Assembly (NCBI GenBank): GCA_016875875.1
Contig: VGOP01000006.1
Location: 6,203 to 70,202 of the forward strand
Reading direction: 5' to 3'
Source: Chloroflexota bacterium
GTDB lineage: Bacteria; Chloroflexota; Dehalococcoidia; GIF9; UBA5629
DNA: 64,000 nt
Part shown: piece by piece, positions 1-8,374 of the stretch
How the letters are laid out: every line of letters starts with the position of its first letter
How positions within the stretch are numbered: the first letter of the stretch is position 1
The notes under the pieces: generated by a model
Database searches by the model: none
Told to the model about the DNA's origin: nothing
The model's input: the letters and a program-made list of their open reading frames with translations, nothing else
Program-made: the position numbers and the translations under genes

Positions 1-972
1 CAAGATTGATGGTTTTATAAACCATTCTCCATCCTTTTTAGGATGCACGGCTTCGTCACCGATTCCTTCCGGAATGCTTTCTCGGCTCTCCCAACCCCAA
101 TATCCGCACCTGCCGTCATCTTCAAGGCACTCACATCCCTCATGTTTCTTAGCTCCGATTGCTCTGGCTACTATGATCAGGTCCTTGAGGTCCCGCCACT
201 CGCTCGCCGACAGTGGTGATTTGCCTTTTCCAGAGTTAGGCGATGGGGTAACGGAATCAACAGGTGCGCGTACTCTAGTAGTCCGCAAGGATAGCTCGAA
301 GGACCCATATTCCATCTGCTGTATGAGCTCATCGATTGTCACGTTCGGTTCTGCTTTGCTCAAGGTACACAAGCTTTTAAGAGCCCTACCACCCAGTTTC
401 CCAGATGCCACCAGAGATAACACGGTGTCCTGATGGCTTGGTGGAAAGCTTGAAATCATGAGAGCTTCGTGCGGCCCTATGTGGCCAGCCTCTAATTGAG
501 CACGCATGCTCACTGGAAGTAAAAGCAAGGCTAGCCTAGAGGAAATCGTACGTTGCGGAATCCCAGTTCGCCTTGACAGCTCTCTTTGTGACACCTCGTA
601 CTTGTCGATGTAAGTTTTGAAAGCCCGAGCCTGATCTAGAGGAGGAATATCCTCGCGCTGATAGTTTTCAGCTAACTGCATCTCAAGAGCTTTGCGATCA
701 TCGATATCTACTCTTACGATACAATCCACATACTGCAGGCCAGCTTCTATTGCAGCTCTCCAACGTCTCTCACCGACAACAATCAAATATTTACCGTTTT
801 TCAGAGACCTTACAACAATTGGACCTATCTGACCTGTTTCAGCAATGCTTCGTGCCAATTCTTTAATCATTTCTGTATCTATGTTCTTCCGAGGCTGGTT
901 TTTGTCGGGAACGATATCCGCCACATGCAATTTAACCAACTTACTATCCTGTGATTTAAATTCAATTTTCAA
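1..972 (-). CDS. ParB-like nuclease/partition-domain protein (3'-partial; C-terminus lies beyond the window start)
   Basis: Hand translation of the minus strand from TTG at 970-972 (RBS GGAGGTG 4 nt upstream) stays open to position 1 (>320 aa, no stop). It contains ParB N-terminal motifs 'IVVRSLKNGKYLIVVGERRWRAAIEAG' and 'QLAENYQREDIPPLD', and a Cys/His-rich stretch 'HEGCECLEDDGRCGYWGW'. It is absent from the ORF track only because it has no in-window stop. Confidence 0.6.
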   Translation of the reverse strand, partial: MKIEFKSQDSKLVKLHVADIVPDKNQPRKNIDTEMIKELARSIAETGQIGPIVVRSLKNGKYLIVVGERRWRAAIEAGLQYVDCIVRVDIDDRKALEMQLAENYQREDIPPLDQARAFKTYIDKYEVSQRELSRRTGIPQRTISSRLALLLLPVSMRAQLEAGHIGPHEALMISSFPPSHQDTVLSLVASGKLGGRALKSLCTLSKAEPNVTIDELIQQMEYGSFELSLRTTRVRAPVDSVTPSPNSGKGKSPLSASEWRDLKDLIIVARAIGAKKHEGCECLEDDGRCGYWGWESRESIPEGIGDEAVHPKKDGEWFIKPSIL

Positions 973-982
973 TTGGCACCTC

Positions 983-2002
983 CTATTTCGTTTTAATGTC
1001 TAGGTTGTCCACCGGCGAACACCTTTTGTGGACTTCGCTAACGTCCGATTGGGCAAGGTTTACGTATCCCCTGAGCACATCTAAACTGCTGTGACCTGTT
1101 ATCTGCTGGAGGCTAAAAATGTCGCCGCCGTTGCGGATCCAAAAAAGGCAAGCAGTATGCCTCAATGTATGTGGTGAACAACGAACACCAGTTATCCCAG
1201 CCTTTTTCCCGTAGTTCTTCATCCTCGATTCCACGCGATTTTTAGTCAAAGGCATGCCGTATCTAGTGAGAAATACACGATCATAAGAGGGTAAAGGTGG
1301 TTCCGGTCGATGTTTGTGAATGTATTTCCAAAGTAACTTCAGTACTTTAGTTCCGATGGGTACAATACGCTCTCTGCTTCCTTTTCCCATGACTTTGATG
1401 CATCTCCTGGTCATATCAATATCGCCTGGTCTAAGATTGGTGACCTCAGAAAGACGACACCCTGTATCTAATAAAAGGACGAGCAGTGTGTAGTCTCGGT
1501 AACCTTCGGATGTAGATACATCGATAGCGGCTAACAAATCCCAGATCTGCGCTTTCGTAAAACAGGGGATGACCTTCTTGGGAAACTTTGGAGCTTTTAA
1601 TCCGTGGAATGGCGATTGCTCCACAAGCTCATCCGACACCCAACGGTTCCAAGCAGCCCTCAACGCCCGATAATAACAATTTATCGTTTGTGGACTCAGC
1701 GGCTTCTCTTGATGTGGTGTAAATCGATGACCGACATATCGATGGCATCCTTTCAGGTACAAGATGAAACCTCTAATCTCATTAGGACCAACATATTTTG
1801 CATCTATTGAAAGTTTATTAGCCTCCAAATACGCCTTCAATTTCTTGAGTACAAGTACGGTCAAATCTATACTCTTGCTACTCCTAGATTCAGCGGCTCC
1901 ACAAAATATCTCGAACTGGATGAGACTATCGATCAAAGTGGCATTGGATCTCTGCCCATTCAGACTTCTATTGACATCTGGTTCTATTTTCATTATGCTC
2001 AA
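983..2002 (-). CDS. tyrosine-type site-specific recombinase/integrase (XerC/D-like)
   Basis: 339-aa ORF; C-terminal catalytic signature 'SPHTLRHTACLFWIRNGGDIFSLQQITGHSSLDVLRGYVNL' (H-x-x-R ... Y); N-terminal SAM-like core-binding region. The stop lies 11 nt upstream of the ParB-like start on the same strand. Confidence 0.85.
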   Translation of the reverse strand: MSIMKIEPDVNRSLNGQRSNATLIDSLIQFEIFCGAAESRSSKSIDLTVLVLKKLKAYLEANKLSIDAKYVGPNEIRGFILYLKGCHRYVGHRFTPHQEKPLSPQTINCYYRALRAAWNRWVSDELVEQSPFHGLKAPKFPKKVIPCFTKAQIWDLLAAIDVSTSEGYRDYTLLVLLLDTGCRLSEVTNLRPGDIDMTRRCIKVMGKGSRERIVPIGTKVLKLLWKYIHKHRPEPPLPSYDRVFLTRYGMPLTKNRVESRMKNYGKKAGITGVRCSPHTLRHTACLFWIRNGGDIFSLQQITGHSSLDVLRGYVNLAQSDVSEVHKRCSPVDNLDIKTK

Positions 2003-2096
2003 AATAACTGGTAAATTTTCAAGACAACTCCATTATGGGCCAAAGGATACAATTAGCTGTCGACGTTAAGCAGCGCTTAAAAAGGGTAGCCAGGAG

Positions 2097-2948
2097 ATGC
2101 CAAAAATAACCCCCGACGAAAGATGGAGAAGGCACGTCTTAGAGCGATATACAGCCTTCGAGATGTCAGGTGAACTCATAGCTTTGCGTAACGAAGGACT
2201 CAAGATTCTGGGTCGAACATCTCTATATACTGGAGACGAATGGTTTCAAGATCGGCAAAAGAGGGATACATCGTCAGAGTACCCTAAATGGTGCGAAAAA
2301 TGCGAGATGGTAGGAGCTCGATTCGGTCTCGCCCCCTGGACGGTACAGATGGCATGCCTAATCAAAGAATATTCCCCCGATAATAATTTGTTTATGGTTG
2401 AGTCTAACTGGCCACGAATCCGTGTCGTAACCGAAAATACCAATGAGCTATTTCTGAGTTGGCTCTGTTATGAAGCACGAAATCTTGGTCTTTATGTAAT
2501 ACAAAAGCACGGATCTTCAGAGACAACTATGATTGTTATAGATCTTGCGCCTCCGCTAGAACCACTGACCGATTCGTCGAGGCCACCACGCGACGCCGCC
2601 TTCCATATGAGAGTGGAGACTCCTGCTGAATATCCCCCGGAAGCTGCCAGTGATCTGCAAAGGGCAGCCTCAAATCTGGGGCGAGAGCTATCTCGGCGCT
2701 TGGGTTACCAGTCTCCACGGAGATTGAGATCATCAGAACTGATAACTACAGCAAAACAGCTCAAAGCTGACAAAAGCAAGTTAACGGAAGCAGAGAGTAT
2801 CGAGGTCGTGGATAATCTTTATCCCAACCACGAAGAATCTGAAGAGCGAAAGCTGCTCAAACGTTGCAGATCACAAAAAAACCAGGTACGCCAGCGAATA
2901 GTAAAGCCGTATCAGCACAAAATCAAACCTAAAAATCCCCCCGCATAA
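2097..2948 (+). CDS. hypothetical protein (island cargo, no recognisable domain)
   Basis: 283-aa ORF divergent from integrase 1 and lying between the two integrase genes. Lys/Arg-rich C-terminus; no motif I can assign. Confidence 0.4.
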   Translation: MPKITPDERWRRHVLERYTAFEMSGELIALRNEGLKILGRTSLYTGDEWFQDRQKRDTSSEYPKWCEKCEMVGARFGLAPWTVQMACLIKEYSPDNNLFMVESNWPRIRVVTENTNELFLSWLCYEARNLGLYVIQKHGSSETTMIVIDLAPPLEPLTDSSRPPRDAAFHMRVETPAEYPPEAASDLQRAASNLGRELSRRLGYQSPRRLRSSELITTAKQLKADKSKLTEAESIEVVDNLYPNHEESEERKLLKRCRSQKNQVRQRIVKPYQHKIKPKNPPA

Positions 2949-3032
2949 GCATTCGGGGAACGTCGCAAATATTAATAACGTTCTCTGGCTCACGACTTGC
3001 TGCCCAGCGATTGTCACTTGGTAGCCTGATGT

Positions 3033-4121
3033 TCAAGTTCTTACAGAAGCAGTGAAAATCTTTTTGCAAGTAACAACCCCGTTGCCTGAAGGAGAAATAT
3101 GAATGAGATTATCTACAGGACTTGCTGTGGCATGGGCATTCTGAACATCGACATCAGCGAGTTCACAGTAGCGTCGTGTCATCTCCAGGCTACTGTGCCC
3201 CAGAAGCCTCTGCAAGCTGAAGACGTCTCCCCCGTTCCTTAAGAAACTAATGGCAGCGGTATGACGAAAGGTATGCGGAGAACACCTCACTCCTAATATC
3301 TTTGCCTTTAATCCGTACTTCCTCATCCTGACCTCTACCCTGTTTTTACTCAAACGTCTGCCATCCGCCGTAAGAAACAAGAAATTCTCCCTGATCAGGG
3401 ATGGTTCCGGTCGTACGTGGTTAATATAACGCCAGAGTACGCGTTGCACCCCTTTCCCGAAAGGAACCATCCTCTCCTTGTTTCCCTTGCCCATGACTCT
3501 CATCATCCTCTCTTCCAGACAGATATCGCCTAGTCTCAGAGTGGTCAGTTCGCTCAGCCTTATGCCCGTATCCAGAAACATAAGCACCATAGCATAGTCG
3601 CGATACCCTTCTCGGGTATCGACGGCGATGGCTTTTAAAAACTCTTGGAGTTGTGCATCCGAAAATGACCGTATTATCTTTCGGGAAGCCTTGGGAATCT
3701 TAACCTTGGTGAACGGTGTCTCACAAACAACTGTTTCCTCTTTTAACCAGGACCAGAAAGCACGAACGGATCTGATATAGCAATTAATGCTGTCATCAGA
3801 CAGTCCGTTCTGGCATTGCCTCACAAAAGGATGGTTGCTATAGCGCCTCTTGCTCTGCAGATAAGTCACAAAGGTCCTCATCTCTTCAGCGCCGATATCT
3901 TCGACGGCGGTGGATTTTCGCTGTGATCGTAGAAACTGCTCCAGGTAGCTGACGCTGCTGGTCACCATGACAATGGTTTTATCGCTCTTGCCCTCTGCCC
4001 TGGCGCATAATCTATAACCTTCAATTAACTGTAAGATATCATGCCGCTCTTTTGCCAGATTTTTTAACGAAGCAGGAACCCCCCTTTGACGAAGCTGTTT
4101 TTTTGGTCTAAAATGAAGCTG
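3033..4121 (-). CDS. tyrosine-type integrase (second copy; start codon unresolved)
   Basis: Signature 'SPHTFRHTAAISFLRNGGDVFSLQRLLGHSSLEMTRRYCEL'. The N-terminal region 'ILQLIEGYRLCARAEGKSDKTI' aligns with integrase 1. No in-frame ATG/GTG/TTG exists between the tRNA and this conserved region; the only upstream start (4247) would read antisense through the entire tRNA-Gly. Confidence 0.65.
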   Translation of the reverse strand, partial: QLHFRPKKQLRQRGVPASLKNLAKERHDILQLIEGYRLCARAEGKSDKTIVMVTSSVSYLEQFLRSQRKSTAVEDIGAEEMRTFVTYLQSKRRYSNHPFVRQCQNGLSDDSINCYIRSVRAFWSWLKEETVVCETPFTKVKIPKASRKIIRSFSDAQLQEFLKAIAVDTREGYRDYAMVLMFLDTGIRLSELTTLRLGDICLEERMMRVMGKGNKERMVPFGKGVQRVLWRYINHVRPEPSLIRENFLFLTADGRRLSKNRVEVRMRKYGLKAKILGVRCSPHTFRHTAAISFLRNGGDVFSLQRLLGHSSLEMTRRYCELADVDVQNAHATASPVDNLIHISPSGNGVVTCKKIFTASVRT

Positions 4122-4127
4122 TTTTTC

Positions 4128-4202
4128 GCGGGAGTAACTCAGTGGTAGAGTTCCTGCCTTCCAAGCAGGCTGTCGCGGGTTCGAGTCCCGTCTCCCGCTC
4201 CA
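4128..4202 (+). tRNA. tRNA-Gly (anticodon TCC)
   Basis: GCGGGAGTAACTCAGTGGTAGAGTTCCTGCCTTCCAAGCAGGCTGTCGCGGGTTCGAGTCCCGTCTCCCGCTCCA. Cloverleaf with 7-bp acceptor stem (GCGGGAG/CTCCCGC), anticodon loop CTTCCAA, T-loop GGTTCGAGTCC, encoded CCA. Confidence 0.9.
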
Positions 4203-4240
4203 AACTGCCAGCCTCACAACGAAGTATGACCTTTTAGTTA

Positions 4241-4269
4241 TTGACAAAGCGGAGAGAATTCTCTATCAT
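4241..4269 (+). promoter_or_regulatory. sigma70-like promoter for the pantothenate operon (-35 TTGACA, 17-nt spacer, -10 TATCAT; a TATAAT follows at 4270-4275)
   Basis: TTGACA at 4241-4246, TATCAT at 4264-4269, about 100 nt upstream of the first operon gene. Confidence 0.35.
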
Positions 4270-4370
4270 TATAATCGCCATTGACCATAGGGCAGTGAGC
4301 CTTTATTAAAACAAATAAAAAGGCCGCTTGGATCAGCGATGACCGAGACGGAAAATAGGGGTAGTGTTTA

Positions 4371-5381
4371 TTGAGCCTTCTCGGCAATGCTGAGAAGGCT
4401 CTCTTTTTTAGGACGATGTATAACGCTATAACCGATATTCAGGGAATAAAGGTAGGACATTACACCGATAAGGACGCAGCTACTGGCTGCACCGTGATTC
4501 TGTGTGAGGCAGGAGCTGTTGCTGGGGCTGATGTGCGAGGCTCGGCACCAGGAACCAGGGAAACTGATCTGTTGCGACCGATGAATCTGGTGGAAAAAGT
4601 TCACGCTATTCTCCTCAGCGGCGGTAGCGCTTTTGGGCTGGATGCTGCCGGTGGCGTGATGCGACATCTCGAGGAACGAGGCATCGGCTATGAAACTCTG
4701 GTAGCTAAGGTGCCTATTGTGCCCACAGCCATTATTTTCGATTTGAGCATTGGTAAACCTAACGTCAGGCCGGGAATTGAAGAGGGCTATAAGGCTTGCC
4801 TGGCTGCTACTGACAAAGAAGTAGCTGAAGGCTGTGTCGGTGTCGGCACTGGCGCCACAGTAGGCAAAGCTTTAGGTATAGAAAGGGCTACCAAGAGCGG
4901 CTTGGGCACAGCCAGCTGCAAAATAAGCGGCGACATAATTGTCGCTGCCCTGGTAGTAGTCAATGCCGTGGGCGATATCATCAATCACAAAACAGGAGAA
5001 ATCTTAGCTGGCCCTCGTAACGAAGTGAGTAATGGTTTCCTTAGCACCGTCGAACTGTTAACCGGGGGAGTTTATAGTTATAGAAGAGACCCTCTACCCA
5101 CCAATACCACCTTGGGTGTGGTGGCTACCAACGCTAACTTGAATAAGGAGCAGGTGAATAAACTGGCACAGATGGCACAGGACGGCATAGCCCGGGCTAT
5201 CAACCCCAGCCATACAATGCATGACGGCGATACCATGTTTGCTTTGTCTTTGGGTGACAAGATAAGCGATATCACCATTCTCGGCTCGGTGGCTGCCGAG
5301 GTGGTGTCTGAGGCCATAGTCCGGGCAGTACAGCAAGCAGAAACACTTGCCGGAATACCGGCAATTAAGGACGTGAAATGA
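4371..5381 (+). CDS. peptidase family S58 (DmpA-like L-aminopeptidase / beta-aminopeptidase-like, Ntn-hydrolase)
   Basis: 'ITDIQGIKVGHYTD...TGCTVIL...GADVRGSAPGTRETDLL' matches the DmpA/BapA N-terminal signature. TTG start at 4371 with GGGGG 12 nt upstream. Its stop overlaps the next start (ATGA). Confidence 0.7.
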   Translation: MSLLGNAEKALFFRTMYNAITDIQGIKVGHYTDKDAATGCTVILCEAGAVAGADVRGSAPGTRETDLLRPMNLVEKVHAILLSGGSAFGLDAAGGVMRHLEERGIGYETLVAKVPIVPTAIIFDLSIGKPNVRPGIEEGYKACLAATDKEVAEGCVGVGTGATVGKALGIERATKSGLGTASCKISGDIIVAALVVVNAVGDIINHKTGEILAGPRNEVSNGFLSTVELLTGGVYSYRRDPLPTNTTLGVVATNANLNKEQVNKLAQMAQDGIARAINPSHTMHDGDTMFALSLGDKISDITILGSVAAEVVSEAIVRAVQQAETLAGIPAIKDVK

Positions 5382-6247
5382 GACCAAAGAATGCGCCGAC
5401 AATTGGTTTTATAGGTGCCGGGACAACAGGTACGGCACTGGCTGTAAGGCTGGCGCAGCAAGGATACCAGGTAATTGCCGTATCCAGTCGGAGCTTGACC
5501 TCAGCAGAAAAGCTGGCTGGAAGGATAAACGGCTGCCAGGCTTACAAAGCAGTCCAAGAGGTAGCCGATGTCGCTCAGCTTGTTTTCATTACCACCCCAG
5601 ACGACACCATTTCCAAGGTAGCTGCTGAGACCAAATGGCACAATGGACAAAGCGTGGTTCACTGCAGTGGCGCCCACTCCATTGACATTTTGGAACCAGC
5701 AAAACAGCTAGGAGCTAACGTAGGCTGTTTCCATCCCCTGCAGACTTTTGCCAGCGTTGACCAGGCAATAGAGAATATACCAGGTTCCACCTTCGCCATT
5801 GAAGCTGAAGAGCCACTATCGTCCACACTTAAGGAGATGGCTACCGTTTTAGAAGGAGATTGGGTAATCCTCAAGGCTGGTGATAAAGTGCTATACCATG
5901 CGGCAGCCGTCTTCGCCTGCAACTATCTGGTGACTCTGGTCAAACTAGCTACAGACTTATGGCAGACATTTGAGGTACCGTCAGCACAAGCAACCAAAGC
6001 CTTGATGCCTCTGCTACGGGGCACGTTAAGCAATATCGAAAACGTCGGCTTGCCAAACTGCCTCACCGGACCCATCGCCAGAGGCGACCTGGGCACTATA
6101 AGCAGACATCTAGAATCGTTAGAAAAACAAGCGCCATCACTGCTTAGCATCTACAAAGAGTTGGGGCTGCAGACCGTACCGATCGCACAGGCTAAAGGGA
6201 AAATAGATTCGAAAAGAGCAGAAGAGCTAAAAGCTTTACTGAGATAA
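5378..6247 (+). CDS. Rossmann-fold NAD(P)-binding oxidoreductase, DUF2520/PanG-like; putative ketopantoate (2-dehydropantoate) reductase
   Basis: N-terminal '[24 protein letters not shown]' dinucleotide-binding motif; C-terminal 'LTGPIARGD' motif typical of the DUF2520 family. It sits immediately upstream of panD-panB-panC. Confidence 0.55.
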   Translation: MRPKNAPTIGFIGAGTTGTALAVRLAQQGYQVIAVSSRSLTSAEKLAGRINGCQAYKAVQEVADVAQLVFITTPDDTISKVAAETKWHNGQSVVHCSGAHSIDILEPAKQLGANVGCFHPLQTFASVDQAIENIPGSTFAIEAEEPLSSTLKEMATVLEGDWVILKAGDKVLYHAAAVFACNYLVTLVKLATDLWQTFEVPSAQATKALMPLLRGTLSNIENVGLPNCLTGPIARGDLGTISRHLESLEKQAPSLLSIYKELGLQTVPIAQAKGKIDSKRAEELKALLR

Positions 6248-6267
6248 AACAAAACGAGGAGACAAGA

Positions 6268-6660
6268 ATGAGAACAATGCTCAAAAGCAAAATCCATCGG
6301 GCTCGGGTTACACAATGCAACGTCGATTACGAGGGCAGCATCACCATCGACAAGGACTTGATAGAAGCAGCCGACTTGCTCCCCTACGAAAAAGTTGATG
6401 TATTGAACATCAACAACGGTGCCAGATTCCATACTTACGTAATTGAAGGGAAAAGAGGTTCGGGAGAAATCTGTCTTAACGGTGCTGCCGCCAGACTCGT
6501 GACTAAGGGCGATATTGTTATTATCCTGTCTTACCATGTGGTTACTGATGATGAAGCTGTCACAGCCACTCCGAGACTGGTATATATAAATTCAGAAAAT
6601 CGAATCGTTGACGCCAAAGGCACAAGAGACTGGACGAAAGATTTGTTATCAACGCTATAA
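6268..6660 (+). CDS. panD: aspartate 1-decarboxylase
   Basis: '[25 protein letters not shown]' with the conserved G-S self-cleavage site; 130 aa; RBS GAGGAG. Confidence 0.9.
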   Translation: MRTMLKSKIHRARVTQCNVDYEGSITIDKDLIEAADLLPYEKVDVLNINNGARFHTYVIEGKRGSGEICLNGAAARLVTKGDIVIILSYHVVTDDEAVTATPRLVYINSENRIVDAKGTRDWTKDLLSTL

Positions 6661-6698
6661 AGGAACAGACTGTTTTCTAGTGCCGAGGAGGAGTGAAA

Positions 6699-7532
6699 AT
6701 GCGAGTTAGTATTAACGAAATAAAGGAAATGAAATCAAAGAAAGAAAAGATAGTCATGCTCACCGCTTATGACTATTCCACCGCCAAACTGGTTGATGAG
6801 GCCAGCATACCATTGATTTTAGTCGGTGACAGTCTGGGCATGGTCATGCTGGGCTATGAATCAACCATTCCGGTAACAATGGACGAGATGATACACCACA
6901 CCAAAGCCGTGGCCAGAGGCACCAAGCAAGCTCTGGTCATAGGTGACATGCCGTTTATGACCTATCACACAAATACTGCCGATGCCCTGCGCAACGCAGC
7001 ACGATTCATTCAAGAGGGAGGAGCACAGGCGGTTAAACTGGAAGGTGGCGTGACTGTTGCCGAGACGGTAAAGCGAATTGTTGAATGCGGCATACCGGTC
7101 ATGGGACACATCGGGCTAACTCCACAATCTGTACATCAACTGGGAGGGCATAAAGTGCAGGGCAAAACTCCCGAAGCTGCCGAGCGGTTGCTTAAAGATG
7201 CTAGAGCACTGGAACAAGCTGGCGCCTTCGCCGTTGTCCTCGAACTTGTGCCAGCACCGCTATCCAAGCTAATTACGCAGAAAATAGGCATTCCCACTAT
7301 CGGCATCGGTGCCGGTCCTGACTGCGATGGCCAGGTGCAGGTAATCAGCGACATGCTTGGTCTGTTTTCCGACTTTGTGCCCAAGCATGCCAAGCAGTTT
7401 GCCCAGTTAGCCGGTTTTATCAAAACTGCCCTCGCTGATTATATGGCTGAAGTCAAAGCAGGTAAATTCCCTACCGCCGAACATAGCTCTACTATCGATG
7501 AGAGCCTGCTTGAAGAATTAGCACGCGCCTGA
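6699..7532 (+). CDS. panB: 3-methyl-2-oxobutanoate hydroxymethyltransferase
   Basis: 'MLTAYDYSTAKL...LVGDSLGMVMLGY...' ATG at 6699 with GAGGAGGAG 6 nt upstream. The track ORF starts at GTG 6693. Confidence 0.9.
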   Translation: MRVSINEIKEMKSKKEKIVMLTAYDYSTAKLVDEASIPLILVGDSLGMVMLGYESTIPVTMDEMIHHTKAVARGTKQALVIGDMPFMTYHTNTADALRNAARFIQEGGAQAVKLEGGVTVAETVKRIVECGIPVMGHIGLTPQSVHQLGGHKVQGKTPEAAERLLKDARALEQAGAFAVVLELVPAPLSKLITQKIGIPTIGIGAGPDCDGQVQVISDMLGLFSDFVPKHAKQFAQLAGFIKTALADYMAEVKAGKFPTAEHSSTIDESLLEELARA

Positions 7533-7538
7533 ACGGCC

Positions 7539-8372
7539 ATGCAAATAGCCAAAACCATCGCTGAGATGAAAGCCCTGAGGATGAAGAGCTTCGGCTCTGT
7601 AGGCTTCGTCCCCACCATGGGCTATCTTCACGAGGGACATCTGGCTTTAGTCAAGCAAGCTCGAGCTGAAAACTCAATCGTCGTAGCCAGCATTTTTGTC
7701 AATCCCACCCAATTCGGTCCCACCGAGGACTTCAAAGCTTATCCCCGCGACACAGAGCGCGACTTGGCTATGCTGAGGAAAGAGAGGGCAGACATCGTCT
7801 TCATGCCATCGGCTGAAGAGATGTATCCTGAATCGTTCAGCAGCTGGGTGGAGGTGGAAAAAATTACCGACCGACTTGAAGGCAGCTACCGTCCCGGGCA
7901 TTTCAAGGGGGTGGCTACTGTAGTTGCCAAGCTATTTAATATCGTCGAGCCTACACAAGCCTATTTTGGCCAGAAAGATGCCCAGCAGGCATTAGTTATC
8001 AAGAAGATGGTAGCCGACCTCAACATGAATCTGGAAGTAATCGTAGCACCAACTGTTCGGGAGAGCGATGGGCTGGCTATGAGCAGCCGTAACATTTACC
8101 TAAACCTGCAAGAGCGACAAGCGGCTACCGTCCTGTTTAAGGCTCTTACCCTGGCTCGAAACCTGTGGGAAGAAGGCGAGAGAAACGCTGAGACTATACG
8201 TCAACAGATGACTTCTCTCATCAGCAAAGAGCCACTGGCTAAAATCGAGTATGTCAGCATTGCCGATGCCCAGACTCTGGAAGAACTATCAAAAATAGAC
8301 GGACCGGCACTAGCTTCGCTGGCAGTTAGAGTCGGTAAGACCAGACTTATAGACAATATAGTGCTGGAATAA
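7539..8372 (+). CDS. panC: pantoate--beta-alanine ligase
   Basis: 'GFVPTMGYLHEGHLALV' HIGH-like motif; 277 aa. Confidence 0.9.
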   Translation: MQIAKTIAEMKALRMKSFGSVGFVPTMGYLHEGHLALVKQARAENSIVVASIFVNPTQFGPTEDFKAYPRDTERDLAMLRKERADIVFMPSAEEMYPESFSSWVEVEKITDRLEGSYRPGHFKGVATVVAKLFNIVEPTQAYFGQKDAQQALVIKKMVADLNMNLEVIVAPTVRESDGLAMSSRNIYLNLQERQAATVLFKALTLARNLWEEGERNAETIRQQMTSLISKEPLAKIEYVSIADAQTLEELSKIDGPALASLAVRVGKTRLIDNIVLE

Positions 8373-8374
8373 AA

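Noticed and set aside
74-433. 119-aa ORF on the plus strand
   Set aside because: It lies entirely antisense to the well-supported ParB-like CDS and has no motifs. It is a shadow ORF.
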